64,000 bases of DNA from a virus: positions 31,388 through 95,387 of the IMG/VR virus record IMGVR_UViG_3300044951_001239. The stretch is one strand, 5' to 3'. Numbering within the stretch: position 1 is the stretch's first letter; each line of letters starts with the position of its first letter. Below are positions 1-9,692 of this stretch, one piece after another. Under the pieces are notes generated by a model. It was not told where the DNA came from. It saw nothing but the letters and a program-made list of their open reading frames with translations, and made no database searches. The translations under genes were made by a program, and so were the position numbers.

Positions 1-2259
1 ACTCCGTCACCAAAAAAAGGCGGAGCATATTTAATTGCACAAAGCAGCGGAATTAATAAAACGACTAAACGTACCCCTGGATTTGAACTAGATTTTTTCA
101 TAGATGATTTAAAATTTACACAAACAATTGGCACCAAAGAAGTTGGTGCATCAACCAATATTAGTGAAATGTCATTCACTATAACTGAACCGTATGGTTT
201 TTCGTTGTTAACTAAATTACGCAGGGCACAGAATGAGTTAGCATCTACAACTAATACTAAAAACTTTGCAATGGTGCAAGACGGCATGAGACAATTTTTT
301 ATATTAGGTATTCGATTCTTGGGATATGATAAAAATGGTGAAATTATTGACCCATCTAAAATACCAAGCGCAGATGGCAATCCTGCAGGTAATGCGTTTG
401 GACTGTATGAACGTTATATTGACATACTAATCAAGGACATGAAATTTAAAATTACCGGTAAACCGGTAGTTTACAATATCACGGCTGTTCCACCAAATCA
501 GATAATTGGGTTTGGTTCAAAATTTAGCACAATTATTTCTGATACGCCCATCGTGGCAGATACTGTATTTAATGCGTTGTTTGATCCTGGACAAAATCAA
601 CCTGACGCAAATAATCCAGTTGGGCCAGATCCTGCACAAAGGGCTAACGGACAACAGACAAATGTTTCAAACATGTCAAGTTTGTTTTCAAAATTAAATT
701 TTGACCAGCAAAAACTAGTGGGCAAAGGGGTAACTATACCAAGAAAATATGATGTTGTGTTTCTTGGTCCCGATAAAGAACAGTTCAAGAACTCAAGTTT
801 AAAAAGTAGTGCTGATTTAGATAAGAGAAAAATACCCATGACAACGGCGGCTAAAACTTCAGAATCTAATCAAAAGACTGCTTCTAGAGAAAAACCAAAT
901 GATTCATTGCGTACTATTAAAATAGCACAGGGTACGTCTATCATACAAGCAGTGTCAGAAATAATTAAACAGAGTTCGTATTTAGAAGATGGATTGTCTC
1001 AAGTAAATAATACAAATTTGTCTCCCGACCCCGAAACAGGTTCATATGAAAAACAAGAGAATTCACCAAAAGAATTAAAATGGTTTAACATAAGTGCCGA
1101 AGTAAAAAACTTAGGATGGGATCCTAATCAGGGAGACTATGTTTATAAGATTACCTATATTATCCAGCCGTATTTAACTCCAATTGTAGTAGCAGCCTCT
1201 GCTAGTAAGACAACACCGTATTATGGGGCACATAAACGATACGAGTACTGGTATACTGGTAAAAATTCTGAAGTAATTAGTTATACACAAAATATGGATT
1301 TTACCTACCATAATGTTACCCTTCAGGGATTTGGTCTCGGGGCACCTCTACCTTCGCAGGCTCAGGGTGGCGCAGCCGATATTCCAGTAACAGTTGGTCA
1401 ACCTCAAGGACAACCAACACAGGGTAAACTTAATATATCTATGGAAGCACAAAATATGTATATGACTAGTTTGTTTAGTCCTAAAGACTTTGGTTCAGCT
1501 AGAATCACAATCTTAGGTGATCCAGACTTTATAATGCAAACTTCACCTAGTAGTATAAATTCACGATACAATCAATTTTACGGTGACGACGGATTTACTA
1601 TTAATCCAAACGGAGGTCAAGTTTTTATTGAAATAAATTTTATAGAACCAATAGACTATCAAAATAGTACTGGCACGATGAGTTTAAATAACTCAATATT
1701 CTTTTATAAATATCCAGATTATGTTCAAAAAGATATTGATAGTCGCGGTGGCGGAATTAGCTATATGGTTACAAGGGTAATTAGTAATTTTAAGGGTGGA
1801 AAATTTACACAAGATTTAACTTTGACACTTAACACGTTTCAAGATCCCGGACCAAGTACTGTTAAATCTGCTCAGGGTAGACCTTCTGGTGGAACCGGTG
1901 TAGTTTTGAATCAAGGCGCCGCCGCGGCAGCAAGGACTAACTTTGCAGCGACTGATACTAGACTAATCGGTGCAGCCGAACGCAGCGCCGCCGCGGCAGC
2001 AAGGACTAACTTTGCAGCGACTGATCCTAGACTAATCGGATCGTCCCAGGGTTCTGCCCCTACACCAGCCGGCACAGGCACAACGAGTAGAGCAGGGTTC
2101 ACTTCTGGGTCAAATGCTGGTACAGATGCTGGTCAACTCAGTACTTCAGTTGGAAGTATTAACAATGTCATGGACCCAATGCAAAGAATTGCAGCAAGTT
2201 CAGTTTTGGTTCCGACTAAGTACGGCGGAACAGTAGACGATGAAAATAACGGAAGATAA
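1..2259 (+). CDS. Baseplate hub/tail-associated protein (gp27-like, putative); 5'-truncated by the window
   Basis: Frame is open from base 1 (TPSPKKGGAYLIAQSSG...) into the 169 ORF. C-terminal 'ARITILGDPDF...YMVTRVISNFKGGKFTQDL' resembles hub proteins. Lies directly upstream of the gp5-like gene. Confidence 0.55.
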   Translation, partial: TPSPKKGGAYLIAQSSGINKTTKRTPGFELDFFIDDLKFTQTIGTKEVGASTNISEMSFTITEPYGFSLLTKLRRAQNELASTTNTKNFAMVQDGMRQFFILGIRFLGYDKNGEIIDPSKIPSADGNPAGNAFGLYERYIDILIKDMKFKITGKPVVYNITAVPPNQIIGFGSKFSTIISDTPIVADTVFNALFDPGQNQPDANNPVGPDPAQRANGQQTNVSNMSSLFSKLNFDQQKLVGKGVTIPRKYDVVFLGPDKEQFKNSSLKSSADLDKRKIPMTTAAKTSESNQKTASREKPNDSLRTIKIAQGTSIIQAVSEIIKQSSYLEDGLSQVNNTNLSPDPETGSYEKQENSPKELKWFNISAEVKNLGWDPNQGDYVYKITYIIQPYLTPIVVAASASKTTPYYGAHKRYEYWYTGKNSEVISYTQNMDFTYHNVTLQGFGLGAPLPSQAQGGAADIPVTVGQPQGQPTQGKLNISMEAQNMYMTSLFSPKDFGSARITILGDPDFIMQTSPSSINSRYNQFYGDDGFTINPNGGQVFIEINFIEPIDYQNSTGTMSLNNSIFFYKYPDYVQKDIDSRGGGISYMVTRVISNFKGGKFTQDLTLTLNTFQDPGPSTVKSAQGRPSGGTGVVLNQGAAAAARTNFAATDTRLIGAAERSAAAAARTNFAATDPRLIGSSQGSAPTPAGTGTTSRAGFTSGSNAGTDAGQLSTSVGSINNVMDPMQRIAASSVLVPTKYGGTVDDENNGR
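1916..2039 (+). repeat. 55-bp direct repeat, 69-bp period (AAAAARTNFAATD[T/P]RLIG x2)
   Basis: Copies at 1916-1970 and 1985-2039, one mismatch. Confidence 0.9.
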
Positions 2260-2265
2260 TAATTA

Positions 2266-3717
2266 ATGGCAACAAATGACATTAAAGTAAAGGGCCAAGC
2301 TAAGGAAACTAAGCCAGATGCAGGTGGCGGTGTAATACGTTCGGTGCCTGTACTTGGCGTAGTAAAAAATAATATTGACTCAACAAGAGCAGGTAGAATA
2401 GATGTTTATATCGCTCAATTTGGCGCGCCTAGCCCAAATGAAAAAAGTAGTTGGATTACAGTAAGCTACATGAGTCCCTTCTTTGGAAGTACTCAACCTC
2501 AGGGAGGAAGTAAAGACACTGATTATGGCACATATACACAAAATCCAAGTTCATATGGAATGTGGTATAGCCCTCCTGATATTGGAAGTACAGTAGTTTG
2601 TATTTTTATTAACGGTGATGTTAACTACGGATATTATATTGGTAGTATTCTTCCACCGGAATTATTGCAAATGATACCGGCAATAGGGGCGTCTGAAAAT
2701 ATTGTACCAAATGACCCCGAAGCAGCGGGATTGGGCGGAGCTACAAGACTACCAGTAGTTAATCTCAACAATAATAATAAAAAAATTAACGCAGTTACAG
2801 AATTTTTAAACGCAGCTAAACCAATTCATAGCTATAGTTCTTCTGTTTATTTCCAACAGGGGTTAATCAGAGACCCTATAAGAGGGCCAATATCAACTAG
2901 CGCACTAAGAGAATCACCGTCACAGGTTGGTTGGGGAGTTAGCACTCCGGGTAGAGCAATTCATCAAGGTGGTTTTACTGACAACAATATATTAACAACG
3001 GGAGTTGAGTCATCAGATGAGTCATTAAAATTAGTATCACGCAGAGGCGGACATAGCATTGTTATGGATGATGGTGATGTTGTTGGGAAAGATCAATTAA
3101 TAAGATTAAGAACTGCATTGGGTCATCAAATATTAATGAGCGACGATGGGCAAACATTGTTCATTATTCATTCTAACGGACAAAGCTACATTGAATTAGG
3201 CAAAGAAGGTACTATTGATATGTACGCTACCAACAGTGTAAATATCAGAACACAGGGCGATTTAAATTTACACGCAGATAACAATATCAATATTAACGCT
3301 AAAAATGATTTAAATATAGCAGCCAATAACATTAAAATAAATGCTGAGGCTGATATTTCTTATCGTTCAGGTGGAAACTTTAGTGGGTACACATTAGGCA
3401 CATATACAGTTAAAGTTAATGGTGCAATGAGTATGAGCGCAAGTGGTGAGGGGTCTTATGCTAGTGCAGGAACTATGTTTGTTAATGGTAGCAAAATAAA
3501 TTTAAACACAGGATCGACTTCAGTAACCCCAGTAGAAGTACCTAAAATACCGATAGTAACTCATACTGATACATTGTTTGACAAAATAAAAGGATGGTTA
3601 GCTGCACCCGGTTATCTGTTATCAATTGTCAGTCGTGCTCCTACTCATGCTCCTTGGTCAAGTGCAAACCAAGGGGTTGATGTTAAAGTAAATAATAATA
3701 GTAGTGGGGCATTCTAA
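2266..3717 (+). CDS. Baseplate central spike protein, gp5/VgrG-like (N-terminal OB-fold, C-terminal beta-helix)
   Basis: 'GVVKNNIDSTRAGRIDVYI...W...SPF...GMWYSPPDIGSTVVCIFINGD..GYYIG' OB-fold motif. 'RGGHSIVMDD...IRLRTALGHQILMSD' repeats. Positioned before gp25. Confidence 0.8.
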   Translation: MATNDIKVKGQAKETKPDAGGGVIRSVPVLGVVKNNIDSTRAGRIDVYIAQFGAPSPNEKSSWITVSYMSPFFGSTQPQGGSKDTDYGTYTQNPSSYGMWYSPPDIGSTVVCIFINGDVNYGYYIGSILPPELLQMIPAIGASENIVPNDPEAAGLGGATRLPVVNLNNNNKKINAVTEFLNAAKPIHSYSSSVYFQQGLIRDPIRGPISTSALRESPSQVGWGVSTPGRAIHQGGFTDNNILTTGVESSDESLKLVSRRGGHSIVMDDGDVVGKDQLIRLRTALGHQILMSDDGQTLFIIHSNGQSYIELGKEGTIDMYATNSVNIRTQGDLNLHADNNININAKNDLNIAANNIKINAEADISYRSGGNFSGYTLGTYTVKVNGAMSMSASGEGSYASAGTMFVNGSKINLNTGSTSVTPVEVPKIPIVTHTDTLFDKIKGWLAAPGYLLSIVSRAPTHAPWSSANQGVDVKVNNNSSGAF

Positions 3718-4325
3718 TGCAATATAATCAAAGTCAAACCTATGCTGATGCAGCAAGACTTCCACCAAACAATCCAGTTACGCTTGCAACTGCTGCCACT
3801 GTGCCTGCTATTGGAACAATTAGTAAATCATTAAATGCAGGGGTAACTGCTGCAATGATTGGCGGAACAGCAGCACAAGCAGCGGCAGCATATCCTGATG
3901 TAGTATCAAATGGTACTGGAATTATTATAGATGCATCAGGAAATGTTAATGCTGGCATAGGTATACTAGCAAAAACACCGCAACAACTTGAGGCCGCCGG
4001 TATATTAAAACCGGGAGCAGCTTCATTGGTTACTGGTTTGGTTCAACGGGGAATGACTATAGAATCTGCAATGACAAATAATTTGTTTACTGGAGTTTCT
4101 GGTGCTGAAAATTTACAAGCATTAATTAATAATACCGCTGCACAAACAGCCGCACAGATAATTAATTTTCAACAGGCACAAACTGCAATGATGATGTCCG
4201 GTTCTATAGTTGGTAATGAAGCACCCGGAGCCATAGCAGGTATAGTAAATGCTGCTGCATATGTTGGAGTAAAATCTACAGTAGCATTCTTGCAAAACTC
4301 TACTAATATAGGTAATATACTATAA
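3717..4325 (+). CDS. Ala/Gly-rich virion protein (spike-associated, hypothetical)
   Basis: 202-aa ORF with TAATG stop/start overlap with both neighbours. Confidence 0.6.
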   Translation: MQYNQSQTYADAARLPPNNPVTLATAATVPAIGTISKSLNAGVTAAMIGGTAAQAAAAYPDVVSNGTGIIIDASGNVNAGIGILAKTPQQLEAAGILKPGAASLVTGLVQRGMTIESAMTNNLFTGVSGAENLQALINNTAAQTAAQIINFQQAQTAMMMSGSIVGNEAPGAIAGIVNAAAYVGVKSTVAFLQNSTNIGNIL

Positions 4326-5785
4326 TGTCATCACTTCCTTCTATTGCGAATGTAGCAAGTGCAATAAGTTCAGGTAATTTCTCATCTGCGCTAGCAATAA
4401 CTACAGGTTCTGCGGGTTCTATTGTTACTTCTCTTAATGGCATGATATCGTCAATCCCAAGTATACCTAGTATTCCAGGGTTACCTAGTATTCCTGGGTT
4501 ACCAAGTAGACCGGGGTTACCAAGTATACCGGGGTTACCTAGCATTGACTCTTTGCGAAATATTAAACCACCTGCAATTACTGGGTTAGCAGGATTAGCT
4601 GACGCAGCAAAAGGAATATCAAAGTCTGCATTTACTGCTATAGCAGATTCATTTAAACCACTACAAGCCGGCGTGCCCCAGAATTTAACAGCTATTAATT
4701 TAAAAAACAAGTTAGAACAGGTGGCAACTGACACTAAATCTACAATCGCTCCAGGTGTTACTTCATTTACCAATGTGTTAAATAGCGCAGGAGTTGACAT
4801 AGCAACCGGTAAAATACCCGCAGTTGAAGCAGCAGTTGCATCAGGTGGAGTAGATGCAGGCTTTAATGCATTAGCAGGGGCAATGAGTAATGTACCCGGT
4901 ATGTCAGGTATAGTTAGTCCGTCTGCAATTGCTAGCGGGGTAAGCAACTTGCCTGGCGGACAATCAGCACTTTCGTCAATCATAAACTCTAGTTCGTTAA
5001 CTATTAGTGGAATTTCTAGCACACTAAGTAGTCTTGGCACAATAACTAAAAATGCAGCTAGTGCAGCACAAAATCAAATTAGTACCGCATCTGCAGGATC
5101 AAGTTCACTGACAAGTTTATTGTCCGGAAATGCGTTAATAGGAGCAGGGGCCTCACTTAGCGGAGAACTAAGCAATTCGTTCAGTCTGTTGAGTAGTGTA
5201 GCCGGACGCTTATCTACTATTCCTGGGGTACCTAGTGTTCCGGGTTTACCCTCAATTAGTAGCTTGACAAAAGGCCTGCAATCTGGAAAGCAAGCACTGT
5301 CATCACTAGTTTCAACTGGGCTATCACCTGCAGCGGCGGCAGCATTAACTGCAAGTATAAATTCACTAAGTACGGCAAGTCCTTTTCCTATAAAAATGCC
5401 AACAGTGGCCGAGAAAACAGTTGATAGAAGTGAAATATCTTCTCAAATTAAAAATTTATTAGGTGACAAGAAAATCCCATCCCCAAACTTTTCAGGATTA
5501 TTTGCAAATATCAATATATCAAATGCTGCTTTAGCAGAGCAAGATGTAGTACTGAAGCAAATTGCTGTATTAAGAGAACAACGTTACGATTTAGATAAAG
5601 AGGTGAGAAATACTAAGTACACGTTATCAAAGGCCAGGCAAGAGTTGCCACAAGGTGATCCGCAAATTCCAATATTAGAAAATGCTGATGCAACCGCTAG
5701 ACAAGCGTTAATAGATTTAGATGCAAAAATTGCTTCATTGCAGCAACAACAACGCGCCTTTGCTACATCAAGTCAACCTGCATAA
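4325..5785 (+). CDS. Ser/Ala/Gly-rich virion protein with PSIPGL repeats and C-terminal coiled coil
   Basis: 486-aa ORF, translationally coupled to the upstream gene. Confidence 0.6.
   Translation: MSSLPSIANVASAISSGNFSSALAITTGSAGSIVTSLNGMISSIPSIPSIPGLPSIPGLPSRPGLPSIPGLPSIDSLRNIKPPAITGLAGLADAAKGISKSAFTAIADSFKPLQAGVPQNLTAINLKNKLEQVATDTKSTIAPGVTSFTNVLNSAGVDIATGKIPAVEAAVASGGVDAGFNALAGAMSNVPGMSGIVSPSAIASGVSNLPGGQSALSSIINSSSLTISGISSTLSSLGTITKNAASAAQNQISTASAGSSSLTSLLSGNALIGAGASLSGELSNSFSLLSSVAGRLSTIPGVPSVPGLPSISSLTKGLQSGKQALSSLVSTGLSPAAAAALTASINSLSTASPFPIKMPTVAEKTVDRSEISSQIKNLLGDKKIPSPNFSGLFANINISNAALAEQDVVLKQIAVLREQRYDLDKEVRNTKYTLSKARQELPQGDPQIPILENADATARQALIDLDAKIASLQQQQRAFATSSQPA
4454..4546 (+). 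repeat. Degenerate 18-bp tandem repeat encoding (PSIPGL)n
   Basis: IPSIPSIPGLPSIPGLPSRPGLPSIPGLPSI; a second short cluster lies near 5215-5260. Confidence 0.85.
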
Positions 5786-5788
5786 ATA
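5782..5788 (+). promoter_or_regulatory. Putative late promoter (ATAAATA)
   Basis: Resembles the T4 late element TATAAATA; 4 nt before ATG 5793. Similar TAAATA/TAAGTA elements occur near 6271, 9667, 29132, 29918, 32188, 35188, 47684, 53148, 54759, 55441 and 62181. Confidence 0.6.
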
Positions 5789-5792
5789 CAGT

Positions 5793-6242
5793 ATGGTTGC
5801 ATATAAGGGCTTTTCTACAATTAACGCTAATACCCCGAAGTCTACTAATCTTCAAACGGGTCCTGCTGGTGGCACCGGTTCACCTGTAACGCCCTATAAT
5901 GTAGGTAATAAATTTGGATTAGTTGATGGACCATTGGTTATACAAGATTTAGTCAATGCATTAAACATTCGTCAAGGGGAAAAGGTGGGAAATCCTGGCT
6001 ATGGGACCACACTCTGGAGTTTTGTATTCGAACCAAACACAGCAGATGTGCAATTTCAATTGGAAAATGAAATACGCAGAGTTGCCGGGCAAGATCCCCG
6101 TCTTATAATAAACACTGTTAGGGCATTCCCGCAAGAAAATGGCATATTGCTAGAAGTTGAAATGGCGGTATCTCCATTCAATCAAGCTAGTTTATTAAGT
6201 GTTTTCTTTAATAGTGCTACTAATATAGCAGTTTTACAGTAA
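5793..6242 (+). CDS. Baseplate wedge subunit gp25-like
   Basis: 'LVIQDLVNALNIRQGEKVGNPGYGTTLWSFVFEP...QDPRL' GPW/gp25 motif. Start moved from 5721 to ATG 5793, after the late promoter. Confidence 0.88.
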   Translation: MVAYKGFSTINANTPKSTNLQTGPAGGTGSPVTPYNVGNKFGLVDGPLVIQDLVNALNIRQGEKVGNPGYGTTLWSFVFEPNTADVQFQLENEIRRVAGQDPRLIINTVRAFPQENGILLEVEMAVSPFNQASLLSVFFNSATNIAVLQ

Positions 6243-6294
6243 ATCTAAAAACCCCAGGTTATTAGGTATGATAAATACTTAAAAGAGAATAACT

Positions 6295-9200
6295 ATGGCA
6301 ACCTCATCTAGACAATCAGCATTATTTGGAGTAAATGACTGGAAGGCCATTTACCAAACCTTCAATCAAGCCGATTTTCGTAGCTTTGACTATGAAACTT
6401 TGCGTAAAAGTTTCATAGATTATCTGCGCCTGTACTATCCTGAAACATTCAATGATTACATTGAAAGTTCAGAATTTATTGCCTTACTTGATGTTATGGC
6501 GTTCATGGGACAAGGACTTGCTTTCCGCAATGACTTAAATACTCGTGAAAATTTCATTGATACTGCTGAACGCAGAGATAGTGTTATTAAGCTAGCAAAC
6601 TTAGTTAGTTATACCCCTAAAAGAAATTTAGAAGCACAAGGATATTTGAAAGTAACAAGTGTTCGTACTACTCAAAATATCACAGATTTAAATGGGTTTA
6701 ATCTAGGCAATGTTCCTGTATTATGGAACGATCCAGCTAACCCAAATTGGTTAGAACAATACAATACTATCATTAATGCAGCATTAATCAATACACAACG
6801 AGTTGGATTACCAGCCAATTCATCACAAATTCTTGGGATAAAAACTGACGAATACACATTACAGATTCCCGCAGGTTCAGTGCCAGTAGTACCGTTTAGT
6901 AATTTAGTTAATGGTTTAAATATGAATTTTGAATTGTGCAGTGTAAGTACCGTTGGAACAGATTATGTTTATGAAATTCCTCCTGCACCAACTAATAGAT
7001 TCAATATGCTTTATCGCAATGATAAATTGGGTTACGGTAGTCCAAACACAGGGTTCTTCTTTTACTTTAAACAAGGGTCATTGACAAATTTTGACTTTAC
7101 TCTACAAAATCAAATCTCAAATCAAGTAATTGACATTGGTGATATCCAAGGGGTTAATAACACTGATACTTGGTTGTATCAGGTTAGTCAAGTGAATGGG
7201 ACATTTGGATTATGGAAAGACGTAGATAATATCTATGCTGATGCATACTTGCAAACTGAGAATTCTGTTAAACAAATTTATTCGGTTAATAGTAGATTTA
7301 ATGACCAAGTTAGTTATATATTTGGCGACGGGGTATTCAGTCAAATACCAGTGGGTACTTTCAGAGCATATGTACGTGCGGGCAATGCATTAACTTATAC
7401 TATTCAACCCACTGATATGCAAGGGTTATCAGTGTCAATTAATTATGTAAGTAGAATTGGCAGAGTTGAAACATTAACATTAGGGTTGTCATTGCAAATA
7501 CCGGTGTCAAATGCACAGGTTCGTGAGTCATTGGCAAATATTAAACAACGTGCGCCAAGTCGTTACTATACACAAAATCGTATGGTTAACGGGGAAGATT
7601 ATAACAATTTTCCGTATACATTATATAGTTCAATAATCAAATCAAAGGCTATCAATCGTAGTAGTGTTGGTGTAAGCAAAAATCTAGACTTGCTTGATCC
7701 ATCCGGAAAGTACTCTAGCACAAACAGTTATGCAAATGATGGCGGCACTTGGTTAGACAACACCAATGGGTATGCAACACTTAACATAACTAGTACCGGT
7801 GATATTATTACGTTCTTAACTGGAACATTAGCTGCTATCTTGGCTGATAATAGATCGTCACAATACTATACTCAAAACTATACCAGATACAGCATCAATA
7901 CGGCATCTGGTGATGGTACATTATATTGGAACACTAGTACAGTAGATGCCAACAGTTTATCAGGATATTTTTACAATATTACTAACGGAGCAGATACTCC
8001 CGTCCCTGTAGGAACGTATTCATCACACAATGCAAAGTATATTACTTCAGGTGCATTACTTAAATTTATAGCGCCATCGGGTTATTATTTTGATAGCAAC
8101 AACCGATTGGTAAGTGGAGTAGCTGGACCGTCAAACACTACATATATTTGGATTACTGTATTAAATGTAATTGGTGACGGATTCAATAATGGCTTAGGTC
8201 AATTTGCAAATGGTTCAGGACCTATAACTTTAAATAGCTATGTTCCCAACGGTGCAATCTTAACAGTAGTTCTACCCTCATTCAGCAACGCATTGCCTAA
8301 TAGTGTCATACAAGAATGTATTGTTAGACTAGATTTACAACAAAACTTTTCATTAGTATTTAATAATTCATTGACCATTAATCAAAATCGTTGGCATATT
8401 GATATTTACAATGCATCTAACTATTTTGTAAACTTTGAGAGTGTTGGCAATAATAGATACACTGTAACTTATCGTTCACTGGCATATTACTTTGGTAGTG
8501 TTGCAGATACTAGATTTATATATGATGCAGGTAAATTAGTATATGATCCGTTATCCGGAATCATACTTCAAGATTTTGTTAAAGTATTGGTTACTAATAC
8601 ACAACCTAATAGTAATTACGCATTGAGTACCCCTGTAACCACTAGTATTGTTGGCCAAACTGTTGAAAGTGACGGTTATATAAATGATTTTGAAGTTGAA
8701 GTTGCTAGTATTGATGTTAATAATAGAAGCATAATTCAGAATCCCGATTTCTTCAATGAAATCACCGGGTATGTTACCGGTAGCACAAACATTGGAGTAT
8801 ATGCATTCTTTGAAACAATACAAGATGCTATTAATTTAACTCGTCAAGATTTGATAGCTTCCTCTACCGTGGCATATCAATATTCAACCACTACTCAAAT
8901 TGAAATTGTAAAATATGAATATCCAGTTGGTCAATTATTCTATGCATTTTCTGAAAATGTGTTCTATATAACTGTGCAAGATCCAATAATAACAACCCCG
9001 TATTTTGTACTAGTTGCTCAACCTCAGTATAGCATGAAGCCTGGTCGTCAAGGGTTGCAATTCCAATATCGGCATAATAGTAATAATACTACACGCATTG
9101 ATCCTGCTACAACCAACATAATTGATTTGTATGTAGTTACACAGGCATACTATACTGCTTATCAAAATTGGATTCAAGATATTACAAACACCGTTCCTGT

Positions 9201-9669
9201 ACCATTGAAACCTACTATCAATCAACTAAGCACCGAGTATAGTCAGATACAAGATTATAAAATGTTAACGGATAGTGCAATATTAAACAGTGTGGTGTTC
9301 AAGCCATTGTTTGGGCCTAAAGCAGCATCTGCATTAAGAGCAACAATAAAAGTTATTAAAAATTCTAATACCAATGCCAGTGATAGTGAAATTCGTAGTG
9401 CTGTATTAACACAAATGAATAATTATTTCAACATTAACAATTGGAACTTTGGTGACACTTTTTACTTTAGTGAATTAAGTGCTTATATCCACACTAACAT
9501 AGGTGGCTTGGTGAGTTCTTGTGTATTGGTACCCAACGACCCTACACTACATTTTGGAGATTTATATGAAATTAAATGTTTACCTTACGAGATATTCGTT
9601 AACGCAGCTACATCAAACGATGTACTTGTTATAGCAGCACTAACCCCCGCCCAATTGCAGATGGCATAA
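6295..9669 (+). CDS. Baseplate wedge subunit gp6-like
   Basis: 'DFRSFDYETLRKSFIDYLR..FNDYIESSEFIALLD..ENFIDTAERRDSV..LA', 'FGDGVF', 'ESLANIKQRAP..YYTQNRMVNGEDY'. Follows gp25. Confidence 0.88.
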   Translation: MATSSRQSALFGVNDWKAIYQTFNQADFRSFDYETLRKSFIDYLRLYYPETFNDYIESSEFIALLDVMAFMGQGLAFRNDLNTRENFIDTAERRDSVIKLANLVSYTPKRNLEAQGYLKVTSVRTTQNITDLNGFNLGNVPVLWNDPANPNWLEQYNTIINAALINTQRVGLPANSSQILGIKTDEYTLQIPAGSVPVVPFSNLVNGLNMNFELCSVSTVGTDYVYEIPPAPTNRFNMLYRNDKLGYGSPNTGFFFYFKQGSLTNFDFTLQNQISNQVIDIGDIQGVNNTDTWLYQVSQVNGTFGLWKDVDNIYADAYLQTENSVKQIYSVNSRFNDQVSYIFGDGVFSQIPVGTFRAYVRAGNALTYTIQPTDMQGLSVSINYVSRIGRVETLTLGLSLQIPVSNAQVRESLANIKQRAPSRYYTQNRMVNGEDYNNFPYTLYSSIIKSKAINRSSVGVSKNLDLLDPSGKYSSTNSYANDGGTWLDNTNGYATLNITSTGDIITFLTGTLAAILADNRSSQYYTQNYTRYSINTASGDGTLYWNTSTVDANSLSGYFYNITNGADTPVPVGTYSSHNAKYITSGALLKFIAPSGYYFDSNNRLVSGVAGPSNTTYIWITVLNVIGDGFNNGLGQFANGSGPITLNSYVPNGAILTVVLPSFSNALPNSVIQECIVRLDLQQNFSLVFNNSLTINQNRWHIDIYNASNYFVNFESVGNNRYTVTYRSLAYYFGSVADTRFIYDAGKLVYDPLSGIILQDFVKVLVTNTQPNSNYALSTPVTTSIVGQTVESDGYINDFEVEVASIDVNNRSIIQNPDFFNEITGYVTGSTNIGVYAFFETIQDAINLTRQDLIASSTVAYQYSTTTQIEIVKYEYPVGQLFYAFSENVFYITVQDPIITTPYFVLVAQPQYSMKPGRQGLQFQYRHNSNNTTRIDPATTNIIDLYVVTQAYYTAYQNWIQDITNTVPVPLKPTINQLSTEYSQIQDYKMLTDSAILNSVVFKPLFGPKAASALRATIKVIKNSNTNASDSEIRSAVLTQMNNYFNINNWNFGDTFYFSELSAYIHTNIGGLVSSCVLVPNDPTLHFGDLYEIKCLPYEIFVNAATSNDVLVIAALTPAQLQMA

Positions 9670-9692
9670 GTATTGTATAGAGATTAATAAAC

